Source: Lama guanicoe | Taxonomy: Eukaryota | Direction: 5' to 3' | NCBI GenBank assembly: GCA_013239625.1 | Contig: MU056277.1 | Location: 1,466,076 to 1,530,075, forward strand | Length of the DNA: 64,000 nucleotides | Shown: one piece after another, positions 49,307-61,810 of the stretch | How the letters are laid out: each line of letters begins with the position of its first letter | Position numbering within the stretch: position 1 is the stretch's first letter | Made by a program: the position numbers and the translations under genes | Notes under the pieces: model-generated | What the model saw: only the letters and a program-made list of their open reading frames with translations | What the model was told of the DNA's origin: nothing | Databases searched by the model: none

Positions 49307-51427
49307 TGAGCCGGCTGGGTGTGGGTGTCGGGGGCAGTAAGGAGACGGAGGCCCCGGCCCAGCCAGTCTCGTGGCCGCACCGCCTGCTCCTCCCCATCCC
49401 AGAAATGGATTCAGGGAGCTGTCCCCTCCCGCCTTTCCCCAGCCCTGCTGCTCTGAGTGTGCAGACTGTCCACTCACAGGTGGGGGTCCAGGGAGGGGTC
49501 TGGGGGCTCTGCGGTCCCGAGGCCCCAAGCTCATAAACCCCGACCCCACCCGTGGTCCTGGCCTGCCTGTTGCAGCCTGAACTGGGACCCTGCTTCGTGT
49601 CTCACTCCCAGAGGCGTGTGGGAGCCCACGGGGAGTGACTGAGCTTGACCCCTGGTGCTGGGGTTCTCCCCGGGCTGCGCAGACCCCGAGTCCCGGCCCT
49701 CCTGAGGGCGGTCCTGACAGCCTCCCCTGTGGCTCTGTGACCAGGGCCTCGGCCACTGCCTGCCTGGGCGTCTCTGCACCGGTCCCTCGACCCTGGGCTG
49801 GCCCCGCCTGGTGCTGCACCAGACGAGCTTGCACCTGGTGGCCCGGGCCTAGGACACGTCCAGGCGTCAGGCTGTGGACGTCCAGAACTTCCCAGCACCG
49901 TCGCCAGACTGGCTCTTAGATTTGTCGCTGCCTGTTTCGGGCTTTTTCCCAGGTCAGGGCAGAGAGGGGCCGTGGGGAGGAAGGCACCCTTGGCCTCACC
50001 CCTGAAACGCCCCTTACACAGCATTCGACGCACAGGACTGAGTCTTCGGGGGACTAATTTTGCAAAAAAGAACTATTTCCAGATGTCTTCCAGTGTCTGT
50101 TTCAGGGACAACCCGCACCGGGGGGGGGGAGGGGACCGCGGTGCGTTTCCACTTGTGAGATGTGCGAGTCTTAATAGAAGGAAGTAGACGTAGGAAGTAG
50201 GAAGGACGGAAGGCGGGACGGGAGCCCGGGAGGGCGGAAACCCGCAGTAGCAACTGAGAGATGGCAGCGCTGACAGAAACAAACAGGCGGTGAGCAGCTG
50301 CCGGCTGGCGCACGGCCCAGGCCTGGTGTGAGTGCCCTGCAGGTCCTTCCTGGGAGGAGGGAGCCGGTTCCCAGAAGCCATGGGCTTGGTGACGGGGCTT
50401 CGTGGGTCGTGGGTTTCTCTGGGGGACCGCTGAACGCTGGACAGCTTTGCTGTCCTGCCCGCAGATCTCTGCCACAGCAGAGTGTCGAGGAGCCCAGGTG
50501 TCTGGCCGGCGGCCGGCTGTTTGCTGAAGGAGGCCTTCGGAGGCCGTGAGGCCGGCAGGGACGCGGGGGCTCCCTGCTCTCCTCGTGGGCGTCGCGGGCG
50601 TGTGTGCACCTGCCTGCTCTCCTCCCGGAGAGCCTGGCCCCATCGCTGCCATCAAGACCCTGTGCCCATAAGTATTGACAGCTTGGAAAGGGCGCGATCT
50701 GTGCAGATCAAATACCGTCGAGCCCGTCACTTCCCAGCGAGGGCCTCTCAGTCGCCCCCCTCCTGAGGCCTGCCGTCTGAACGCCCTGTCTCCCTTCCTT
50801 CATTTCCATGATGCGCCGTTCGGAGGAGAGCGACTCAGCCAAGCGCGCAGGCTCAGCCGTGGGCCTGCACACCGCCCGTAAGGACGGCTGCGACCATCAT
50901 CCGGGGGTGGAGTTGCGGTCCCCGCGCCGCTGGGGCTGGTGTCTTTGAGCCTCTGGTAACAGTCCTGATCGTTCTCTCTGACCTCTGGGTCCCTTTCAAG
51001 GCCGCCACATGCCCTGTCATTATTTTGGTCATGTGCACTTTCACATTTTTTACTCCTAATCTCATTATCTTTAATTTTTTTCTCCTTAATTGCATCCCCA
51101 CTTCCCGAGTGGGAGCTGTCCCTTCAGAGTGACACTGACCTTTCACCTCCGCCTTGTCTGCCCGCCTGTCCATCGAGCGTCATTCCAAGTGATTTCTCCA
51201 TCCTGGGCACCCTTTCCCTTCGCGCTGGGCTGGTCACTGCGCCCCCAGCAGCCTCCAGTGGGTCGCCGGTGCCCGATTTCCTTTCTGGTTGGGCCCGTGT
51301 CTTCCCCGACTCCCCCACCTCCAGTGCACAGCGAGTTACTTCCGGCTGAACGTTGTATGATGAGCAGGTGGGCCGCCCAAGTCTAGTCACTTCTGTCTCC
51401 TCTCTTCCACGTCTTCAAGACAAACCA

Positions 51428-51646
51428 GAACAGACTGACACTACTGTATATAAAACAGACAGACAGCAAGGCCTGACTGCACAGCGCAGGGAACTGTATT
51501 CAGTTTCTCGTGATGAGCTGTAATGGAAAAGAGTCTGTATTTGTATGTATCTGTTTGTATAACCGAATTGCTCTGCTGTACACCTGAAACTGACGTTGTT
51601 AATCAACTACACTTCAGTAAAAAATAAAATTGAAAAAGAAAAACCA
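51428..51646 (+). mobile_element. 5'-truncated cetartiodactyl-type L1 3' end with A-rich tail
   Basis: 'actactgtatataaaacagacagacagcaagg..cagggaactgtattca..taatggaaaaga..gctgtacacctgaaact..aatcaactacacttca' plus A-tail. Candidate TSD aagacaaacca (51417-51427) / aagaaaaacca (51636-51646). Confidence 0.85.
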
Positions 51647-53469
51647 ACAAAAATTGATTAAGCGGCATTCTGTGGATAAGGCACTAGAGAAGTGTTCTGG
51701 GAGCATTGCAGTTGCCCGTGGTTTCCGGTCAGCAGGTGAACAAGTCCAGTCTCCCTAAGACGACTTGTAGCTGCGGCAAGAAGCACCGCTGAGCGGACGC
51801 TGCAGAAACTTGGCTCCAGCAGGTTGCCGTGTGTGCTTATGCACGCGTGTGTTTGTACTCCTCTGAGTGCCCACCTGGCAGGAGAGAGCACCAAAACAAC
51901 ATCATTTCTGTCCACCAGGAAACCAGCAGACCCGTGTGCCTTACCTTTCTCGTGAAGCCCTGACTGTAAATACGTTTCCCGATCATTTCTGAAAGCACCG
52001 CCTTTCAGTTTCCCGGGTCCTTCTCTGCAGGGTCTGCAGGCGGACGGGTGGTACGTCGGCCCCTCAAAGACGCGCATTTCCTGACCACCTGTGTTGACAC
52101 GAGTCCGATCCCCCTCGCCTCCCCGCTCCTGCCTGGGGAAGCGTGTGCGTGACACGGCTCTGCTCCAGCCCCTGCACGAACGGGGAGGGACAGTCCTCGC
52201 TGCCCTCTGAGGAATGACCGCGCGCCGCTGTGCTCCAGCGTCCTGGCTGCCTCGGGGCCGCCACTCTCCAGTCGTGACAAGTTGCACAGTTGATCCTCAC
52301 GCTTCCTGGAGCCTTCCTCTCGTTTCTGAGCATGGCTTTCTCGCCATTTTTTGGGGGGGGCTTTTTAAACTTCAGCATGAGATCATTTTCTCCTTCTGCT
52401 CTGCCCTGGTGCTTTTTATCGTGCGGGGATTTCTTTTTTAGCGTTCATCGTTTTTACCCTTCCTTCTTGCGTGTAACAGTGACGCTTTGCATTTATAGAG
52501 TGCTTTTCGTCTGCATGTGCTCCCCAAACTTAATTGTCTTGCCCTCCAGGCTGGCTGGGCCAGATACCCGCGGTGCCAGAGGCTGAGGCAGGGCGCCCGT
52601 GGGCCTGGCAGGCTTCTCTCTGACCCCCCAGCTCGTTCCACGTGCAGGGCCTTCTCCACGAGGGATGAGAGGACCCGTGTCCCGCACAGCACGCTCACAC
52701 TGCTCACCCCGTTGAAGCTGTAATCGATTTCTTAACACCCACGGCTCAGGGCCACCGCTGGGAGATGCGTGCATCTCCGTGGAGGAGTGGGAAGTGGGGC
52801 GCACACGTGGGTGTCCCCTGTGGCTGCTGCAGGACTCAGGCCCACGGGAAGCGAGCTGCCCGGGACTGCCCCGCCGTGGGGCCCGGGGCCACCGTGCGCA
52901 GTGACCGGGCCAGCAGGCAGGCCGTCAGCCCTCCCGGTGCGGGCGGCGGCCCGCAGTCATCTCCTGAGATGGCTGAGAGTTGTTGCCACAGGACGGGGGC
53001 CCTGAGGCCCTCAGTAGCTTGTCTGACAAAAATCAGCAAAGCAACATCAGAGTCAGAAACGAGGAATGAAGAGCCTTGTGATCTGGGGCCCCGTGTTGTG
53101 TCCTTTCTCCGGGGAAACTCCCCTTAGAGAATAGCGTGTCGTCTTAAGGGAACTTGCGGCCTTCCACGCAGCGCCTGCCTCGCCCGGCCCCCAGGCCGCG
53201 TCCTCTGCACGTTTTGTCCTCAGCTCTGCTTCGTTCCTTTCTAAGCCTTGAAAATAAGTGTGACTAGATAACCAAGCCGTGGAGTAAACGGTTCCTAGTG
53301 GCCACTCATGCTGACACTTCTTGAGCTACATTAAGGGGAAAAAGGTGGATTTAGTGATCCAGGAGGCGAAACGTCGGTTCGCTGGCACTTCTGTTCCTCC
53401 GTAGTGGACAGTGATGCTGCCCCGCAGGCTGGTAACAGAGGCGGGCAGGTTCTGAAGAGCCTTGCGAAT

Positions 53470-53960
53470 CATGAAGGAAATGTTAAATTAGAGTTACGTT
53501 AATTTTACTGTGAACTGCATCTTTACCCTGACAACTTGGAAAACAGCGCCGCAGTCACAGCGCGTGTGTGGCAGGGTTGTTAGCCAGACGTCCTGCACGC
53601 CTGGCGTGGCGCGCGTGCTCCCGCACGTTAGAGCAGACGCGCGCGAGTCATGCTTCCCCAAGCTGAATTTCTGCTTTTAAAGGCATGTGACTGCTCCAGG
53701 AAACCTGACAGAATGGTAATGAGAGCGACTTTTATCAGGACGGTCATGTCTGGATGTCAGAGTGCTTTTGTAACCCCGGACAGGCACATGGTCCGCGGGC
53801 TCCTCCCAGCAGATGAACCGGCGCACGGGGCCTGTGATTAAATTGCTTGCAGAGGCTGTGAGTGCCCTGCAAAGTGTATTGATTTCCCAGAAAATAATGC
53901 CGTCTTGACCTTGCCAGCGTTCAGATGGGATGAAGTCATTCTTCCCAGCCGGGGCCGTGG
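53470..53960. promoter_or_regulatory. Candidate CNE with an embedded CpG-dense patch
   Basis: TGACAG/TGTCAG, 'tgattaaattg' and 'gtattgatt' motifs. CGCG cluster at 53561-53647. Confidence 0.35.
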
Positions 53961-54267
53961 GAACGGTGGGCAGGGCTTCCTTCCTGCCGTGAACTTGCCA
54001 AAACTTGACTCCAAGAGGCTGATGGACCCTGCGACTTGTTGGACAAACAAGGAATGTTGTTGATACGTTTTTCTTTTAATGACTCCTGACTGAAGTGGGA
54101 TTACCTTCTCCTGTGGGTTTAGCTCTAGGACTGGGAGCCCTTGTCACTGAGTGTCCTCAGATTCTGTCCTCATTCAGGGTCTCGGTTCCCAGTGCCCCAG
54201 CGCCAGGCACTCAGCTCATCAGGATGAGTGAGGCCTTGTGCTGTAGCGGGCGATGCTGTTCCTGGAG

Positions 54268-54348
54268 CGCGTGTGCGCCCGTGTGTGCGTTGCTGTGTGT
54301 TGGCGTGTGTGCATGTGTTAGTGTGTGCACGTGTGTGTGTGTGTGTGT
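54268..54348 (+). repeat. Degenerate (TG)n microsatellite
   Basis: Interrupted tg/cg dinucleotide run ending in 'gtgtgtgtgtgtgtgtgt'. Confidence 0.9.
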
Positions 54349-54927
54349 TGATGCGTCGGGAACCACAGAAAGGCAGTGACAAAGCTTGCCTGTGGTTTGG
54401 GCCCAGCAGAGAAAGGAAGGGGTCATGTGACCTCTGCAGGTCCAAGAGCCGCCAAGGCTGGGCTGAGGCCTGGCCCACAGCCCCAGACTCGCGTTGGCCA
54501 GGCCGGCTCTGGTGTCGTGGGGAGAACACTGGGCCTTTGCACCCAGACACCCCCCATAAGATGTTTGCAAGCAGCTCCTCTGTGAAGCGGAGCTCAGCCC
54601 GCTGGCTGGGCCATGGTCCCCTGCCTGCGGGGTCACAGGAGGAATGGCTGCCGACTGGGGACAGAGTGCTTCCTGCTCGGTGCCCAACACCTGCTTGGTG
54701 GTGTCCTTTGTCCCCTCCATCCACATGGTCACCCTGCTGTCGTGAGGGGCCTGTTGTCCTGGAGCAGGGGGCTGCCCATCCACAGCTGCCACGTCTGAAT
54801 AAGCGATGCCCCCAGAACTCAGACCCCCGTCCTGAAGGTGTGGGTGGAGGGGGGTTCCAGAAGACCCCACGGGGCCTGCTCAGGCGGCCTTCCCGTCACT
54901 ACATGGCTTCATGGAGGCCCTAGGAGT

Positions 54928-55329
54928 CGGTGTTTCCTGGCCACCATACAAAGTCTCACAAACTGGGTGGCTTAGAACAGCAGAAATGTTCTCTCTCACG
55001 GTTCTGGAAGCAGGTGTCAGCAGGGTGGGTGCTGCCCGGGGCTCCGAGGGAGGACGTTCCAGGCCTCTCCCACGGCTTCGGGTGCTCCCCAGCTCATGGA
55101 GCATCAACCCGTCTGTCTGTCCACACAGGCTCTTTGCTCCCTGCGTCTGCATCTTGTGTCTCCTGTTATGAGGACACCGGTCATGTTGGAGGAAGGGCCC
55201 CGCCTACCCCAGCGTGACCTCATCTTCACTCCCTACGCCTGCCGAGACCCTCCTTCAAATAAGGTCATGTTCTGAGGTCCAGGGGCCGGGACTCCACCTG
55301 TCTTTCAGGGACACAATTCAGCCCACAGT
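54928..55329 (-). mobile_element. MLT1C-like solo LTR, near full length
   Basis: 'cacaaactgggtggcttagaacagcagaaatgttctctctcacggttctgga...gaggacaccggtcat...tgacctcatctt...caaataaggtcatgttctgaggt...ggacacaattcagcccaca'. Confidence 0.9.
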
Positions 55330-56959
55330 GGTGGGCTCTCAGGTTCTCAGTTCCTGGAATTCGAGGACCCAGGTCCCAGAACGAGGTCACCATCCTGGGT
55401 GGCCCTCACCCAGTCATTCTGGTCCAACAGAAGAGAAGACGGCGTGTCCTTGAGTTACTTGAATTGAAGTTCAGATTTGGTTTCCTTCCTCCGTAAACAC
55501 TGAGACTCCGTCCTGGATGGCGGGACGCCTGCATCTAAGTGCGGCTCTGCAGCTGCAGCCCCGAGACGCTTAGTGGGGCAGTATGATCACAGACCCCTGT
55601 GGGGCCGGCTTCCTCACCTGCGGCGCCCCGAGGCCCGTGGGTGGCTGAGCTGCAGCCGCTCCCTGCCGTGTGCCTGCCGCCGTCGGGGTTGTAAGCACGC
55701 GTTTTAGATTTCAGAGTGATAATACGTCTGTATGCTGTACACATGTCGCAGTGTCTGGGCAGCACTTTGTAATCAAACACATCGCTCTTCTGCAGTAAAA
55801 TGTGTGAGTATTCGCACTTAGTAGGTAAAGACAGTAGATAGCCCCACGTCTCAGCTGAGGTCCTGCGGCCCGGGAGCTGGTGGCCTGTCACCTGCCGCCC
55901 AGCGACAGCAATGGCAGAGCTTCAGCGTCCAGAACGTCCTGAATCCAGAGGTGCAGATACTGGGCTGGGGGGCTTTGTTCGTCTCTCGATGGACCGTGGT
56001 CTCCTCGGGGCAGGAGCTGGCTGCCTCCCGGCTCTGTCTGCCCTGCGCTAAGCAAAGGCTCTGAAGCGTAAACACCCAGTCCGGGTCTGCAGGGAAGGAG
56101 GTCAGCAAACAGCGCGTGCGTGGCCTCGTCCCTTGAGGCCGCTTCCCTCTGTGTGGTTAATTTCTCCTGTTTGCTGCCAGTTCTTAGTAACTTCGTTTTC
56201 AGCAGAAGTTACTGCCCCACGTTCTGCTCCCTGTGGAGGGCTTGAACACCCCTCTGTACATTCCTGAAAATCTGCAGACCCCTAGGTAACAAAGGTGCCC
56301 TGCGAGGTGTTGCATTTGGAAGGCCAGGCAGGCAAGCCGGGCCTCCAAGGGGCTGGGGGACAGGAAGGGGGCCAGGCGGGGCGGGGGGCAGGCCCGGCTC
56401 CCCACGGTGTCGCCGGTTGGCTGCTGCGGTGCCTGCACTGAACTTTCTTTTCCATCTCGGTTGTTCAGAGCGTTTCCCAGGGGTCCGCTGGGGGTTGCCA
56501 TTCGTGGTTTAGGGCTTTCCAGTCTGCGGGGCAGTGAAGACATGTCAGCGGAGATGGTGCGCCCCCGACGTGCGCGTGGCTTGTGGTGTGAAGCGGTGGG
56601 GCGAGCTCTGCTGTGCTGCAGAGGGAGCTGTCCCTGCTGCGCGGGGTCCTCGGGCCACTTCACCGAGGAAGCTGCCTTAGAGCTGGGTGTTCAGGCGGGG
56701 ACGGCTTGGAAGGTCTTTCGAGGTAGAAGGAAAAGCGTGTGCCGTTCGGTGTGTTTGAAACACGGTGTGTCCATGGAGACAGGAGCTGGACAGGTCGTTC
56801 AATATTCAGGTTGCATCCAAAATCAGACACCAATGTAAAACCTACTTAAAGCTAAATAATTTTAAAGCATGTGTTATAAATTCAGTGCAGCTGCGAAGTG
56901 ACACTGATGACGTGGAAAGTGTAAGATGGAGGCTCTGCCCTGACGTGGTGACGAGCGCA

Positions 56960-57175
56960 ACGTGCTGGGCGATGACCGCCGGGGACCCACCTTTGCTTGG
57001 CGTCCCTCGGCTCCCTGTATCCTCCTCACAGCTCTGGGAGTGGCGTCCTCCTCCTCCCCGACCCACAGGCGAGGATGCTGAGGTTCCAGGAGGCTAAACG
57101 ACCTTCCAGAGGTCACACAGAGGGCAGTGACAAGTCAGAACTGGACCAGAGCCCTTTGGCTCTGGAACCGACACA
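56960..57175 (-). mobile_element. MIR SINE
   Basis: 'caggcgaggatgctgaggttccaggaggctaaacgaccttccagaggtcacacag' matches the antisense MIR core. Confidence 0.7.
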
Positions 57176-60100
57176 GTCCTGGGGTGTCAGTGTCTACGCC
57201 ATTCGCTGTCCCTGCAGGAGGACAAGACACGTGCACGTCTTAGGTGCAAGCACGGAAAAACAACGCTGTTTACTGCCAAATCTCATGCGTGTGCTGAGGG
57301 CCAGGAGGGGGACGAGAACCACAGGAACCATTCCAGAGCGTGTGCCGCCTTTTCCCAGGACGGTTATTTTGGAATCGTTATCTGCTCTGTTGGTGCCGAT
57401 GGGTTTTCCCAGAGCCGCAGCTGAGCACCGCACAGATGACTTTGTTAGAATGAGACCGTGCCCTTACCCAGCGGCGCTGTGTGCGTGTGTGTGCCCGTGG
57501 GCGTGGCCCGCGTGCAGATTCGGGGGTGCTTGCGTGTGTGTGCTTGGTTGGAACGTCGCAGTAAAGTGATCACGGAAAGCGGCTCCCCTGGGGGCCGGGG
57601 TGAAAACAGCGCATGGAGATTTCTCAGGTTGTCTTCCCGTCGCTGAGAGTTGAGCCGTGGCTGGCGGACTGCCAGCTGGCAGACAGGACCCACAGCCCTC
57701 CGCCCCTGCCTCCTGGCACGGCCACTGGGGCGGCTTCTGGAGCGGATTAATTAGTGAGCATCTGATAAAATGAGAGGCAACATATTTCTTATTTCGGAGG
57801 TGTCACAATGATGTTAAGTTGTACTTTGCACCCCAGAACAGAGCGGCGTCAGGAGGGTTTACCCCCGTGAGACAGGGAAGTGGCCATGAGCCCAGACGCC
57901 CATCTCCGCGCCGGACGGGGTCTGTTCAAGGTGAAGACAACCAGCGGTGCTGGAGGGCATCACCTAGGAGAGGGGTCGGCGCCCAGCACACGCGCACCCA
58001 GATCTGCGAGCCTGGCGCCCGGCCGAGGGGGCTTTTCCCCTCAGATCGCAGTCTCTGCCGTGATGTTGCCTCTTATAGGTCATGCAGAGACTCACCCTGG
58101 CCGCACCTGCCGGGTTAGGTTCCAGGGCCCACCTGGTCAGAGCAGGGATTGGGGCGGGGGCACATGCCATGCTTTCCACCCCTCGAAAGACGGCCTGTTT
58201 TTCCTTCTTCTCTCTGCTCAGCCCGAGTCCAGATAAGCCTGTAGACTGCCTCTGCTTTTCCTCATGCACGCACCAATGCACGTGCCCACACGTGTGCCGG
58301 GCACAGTGTGCATCACACCAACCACGGCACACTGGCACCCACACACGCGGGCGCTCATGCAGCCCCTCCGCCAGGACTCGTGGGGATTATGGAAACGCTC
58401 ACCCACTGGCAACTGAGCACACAGAGTGAGCTGGTAAAAACGAGGGACGGATTTTTAATCTAATTGAAACGTAATTAATTCCAAGTGAAGCTCGTGTCTT
58501 ATGGCGGCCAACATCGGCGGCCTGGCTCTGAACAGGAGCCCCATGGGGATGAGACTGTCTGTGTCACCTCTGCCTGTCCAGCTCGGGGCTGCAGGACGTG
58601 CTTGTCCACTGAGGAGGAGCCATCGGGGACACAGACTGGCAATCTGAGCCGCTGTTGGAGCCCCCTCCCAGCCGCCTCCACCCTAGGCGCCTTGGGGAGC
58701 CTGCCTCCAGTGCTGAGCGTCCAGGAAAGAGCCCTGCTCGACAGCACCGAGCGCTTTGGCTGCTGTGGTTTGGGTGACGGATTAAGACTCCGTCGCTCAC
58801 ACGTTTCCCAGAGCCTTTCAGAATCAGTGTGTATTTCTCATCCTTCGGCTCCTTGGGGGAGGCGTTCTGTCAAGAGTGTACCCGGGAGGGAGCAGAACCC
58901 GGTGCTGCCTCGTCCTGTTTGTCATCGGGCTGCCTCCCGTGCTGTCAGCGCCTGGCGTCCGGCCCCGGGCGGGCTCTGTGCGGCGTTCTGCTTTCGCCCC
59001 CTTCGTGTCTCCCTGGCCCTTTCCCACCGTTCGGTCCCTCCCGACATCCCCCTCCAGTCTCCCCAGACCTCCTCCCTCTCCCCAGGCCCTGCTGATTTCA
59101 AGGTATCTCCTTGGGGCGGCTGCTCAGATGACGTGCGTCATATCCAGCAGAAACTCCTGCGGCCGCTTTCAGCGCTGTCACTGGGGAGGCGGGCGTCCAG
59201 CTCTCCTCTGTGCTCAGACGTCTCGTGTGTTTGGGGGAGCGGCCCAGTAGGAGCACAGGATGCGGGGTGCACCCCACAGCGACATGACGGGGCTGCTAAA
59301 CTGGTGTGGAATGCTCCCCAGAAAGGCACCAGCATGTCGTTGTCACAGAGATGGCCACCACCATGTCCAGGGCCTGCCCGTTCCTTCCTAAGCAAAGTTG
59401 GGCAACCGTGAGCCCTGCATGAAAACTGCCAGGGGAGGTGCCCACAGCGTGCCTGCGATGCAGCAGAGAGCAGACAGCGCCTGTGTGTGAGGGCGCGGCC
59501 GGCCTCCCGGCAGCTGGCCTCGGCCTGGGGACAGCTGGCCACTCCGACAAGCATCAAACACACGCGGCCCCTGGTTAAATAGGCCTGTCCCTGCACTGAC
59601 TCTCCAAGGCACACCTGCCTGTGCAGGGCCGCCCTGTTCGCCATGGCTCTGGGGGTGGTGAGGTGGGGGCACCTGTCCCAGAAGCTGCCGGGCCTCCAGG
59701 CGCCTCCCCTCCCCCTCCCCCCTCGCCCGCCCCGTGTTGGGCCCCGGCCTCCCCTCCCCGCACTTGCTCCAGGCCCAGCCGAGCGGGAGTGACGGGGCCC
59801 CATCGGGGCTGCTCAGGCTGTCTGGGCTCACAATGGGCCCTCCTGCTGACTGGCAGTTACTTATACTCAGCCCCCCACTGAGCTACTGGTGAGCATTCTC
59901 ATTCCGTGCAATTGTGAACTGCTCCCGCCTGAATGTTAACACGCAAGGTTCAGCACAGGGAGAAAAATAACGATATTTGAAACCCTTTAACATCGGATCT
60001 GCGTATAGCGAAATGATTCTGACGTCTCCGCAGAAAAGTCTTAACTGAGGGCTGGCCGAGGCGTGAGGTGGCGACGGCGTTGTGGGTCACTCCTCGGTGC

Positions 60101-61039
60101 TCGGCTTGGCCGGGCCACTCGGGGGAGGAGACGCTGGAAGAGACCCGCTCACGTTCAGAGCAGACGTCGCCGCTGTCTCGTCTTTTCTCTTCGCACTCTG
60201 AGCACAGTCAGGCGATTGCATCAGGCGGCTCTTAAACACTTGTCGCTGGAGGGGCAGTCTGGAACCAGTTACACACGACAGATCACCCTGCGCATCGTCG
60301 TCCGGGTGTGGAACGGCTCCTGCCTTTAGTGTCGTCTCGGTGTGTAGTTTTTTTAAGGTAAATTACCCAGTACGTGAGAAAACCTGTTTTTCTTTGTCTA
60401 AAGAGATTAAGTCTTATCTTTCTGCCTTTGTAACCAACAGGCTGCAACTTACAAGTGACAGGTGTGGGGGTCAGGGCTGGACTCCTGCGTCCCTTCCGCA
60501 AAGGCCCCACCAGGGCCCCAGAGGGGGCACGGGCTTGGGGACATGCAGGGCCTGTCTTCCTAGCCTAGTCCTTGCCAAATTCTGCCTTTATTGTCTCCTT
60601 ACAAAAGTGACTCCTCCAGACCCGTTTACCAAGTCTCTCTTTCTCACCCGTCGCATCACAGCAGAGTCTGTCACCCTGCACCAGCTCCATGGGGCGTCAG
60701 CCCCCCGTCACCTGGCTGAGGTGTGAGGGTCACGTTTTTCTACCATGAAGTGACCGTCTTGCCACATATCCTCCTCGGAAGGGAGCCAGCCACACTCCAG
60801 GGAGGGGAGGCCCGTGCTACTCCCTGAGGGTGAAGCGGCCGCACAGGTGACATGAATTCTCTCCCGCCCCTCTGCCGGGAGAGCTGTCTCGTGCCCCTGG
60901 TGTAACCATTTATCCGCTTGCTCAGTGTATCTGTGTGGACTCGCGGGCGCGGGGGCCGTCTGCTCTGCTTTCGTCCTTTTGAGAACCACCACTCAGGAAC
61001 GATGTTCATGAGGTGCATACCGTGTGCCCCAGGCTCACC

Positions 61040-61810
61040 TTCCACTCGCTCAGACAAGGCAGGCGGCTAGGGGCCGTGCTTACCCGCGAGCGCGTGAAGC
61101 ACCTTCTGGCAGGGAAGGGGGCGCGCTGCCCCCGCCCCGTCCGCAGCGTGGAGCTCACGCGAGGGGTGTGCTCGTGGTGCTGAGCTTTTCCTCTGCCCTG
61201 GAGCTCAGTCACTCACGTGGGGTCTTTACAGCTACGTCAGTTGGAGATAAATCTGCGCCATGTTACACCATGTTGTTCAGCCGTCCGTGTATCCCAGCTG
61301 TTGTACTGAGGTTTTTTGCCAGGAAACTGAGGAGTGAACACAGCTGACAACAGGTGTCTCCCTGGAGGCCCCGTCACAGCGCAGGCGACCAGCTGCCCAG
61401 GCGCGGGCGGCTTCCCGAGACGCGCGCTGTCACGGGCGTTTCAGAGTCACTTCACCCTTGCGTCCCAGCAGCGGTATCGGTGCATGATCTCCTCAGATGG
61501 CAGCTGTGTGAGCGCACGCGAGTCGCGGCAGGCGCAGGGCACCCGCGCTGTGGGCGTTCCCGCTCACGGGTGGTGAGCCGCTCCCTGGGGTCCCCTTGCG
61601 GCGTGACCTCACCCTCCTCCTTCAGCTGCCCTGGGAGGGGTGCCGGCTGAGGACTCGGCCGTCATCGGCTTCACCCCAGGGTGAGCTGCTTCGGGGTGAG
61701 AGGCGGCGAGGGCTGACTTGCGGACGGCGCGAGCCTGAGGAGCCATCTGACTCGGGCGGCAGACGTCCCGGCGGCGGCGAGGGCGGCTTGCTGGCGCCCC
61801 GCCCAGAGGC
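61040..61810. other. CpG-dense segment (CpG-island-like)
   Basis: Visibly high GC and CpG density with many cgcg/gcgc words. CpG observed/expected ratio not computed. Confidence 0.45.

Noticed and set aside
44500-50730. Dense overlapping 150-256 aa ORFs on both strands
   Set aside because: Expected from stop-codon scarcity at high GC. The repeated peptides in 48901-49834 come from the 43-bp minisatellite.
58485-59411. 308-aa ORF, the longest in the track
   Set aside because: Low-complexity S/P/R/G/C composition typical of GC-rich non-coding frames, GTG start, no recognisable domain.
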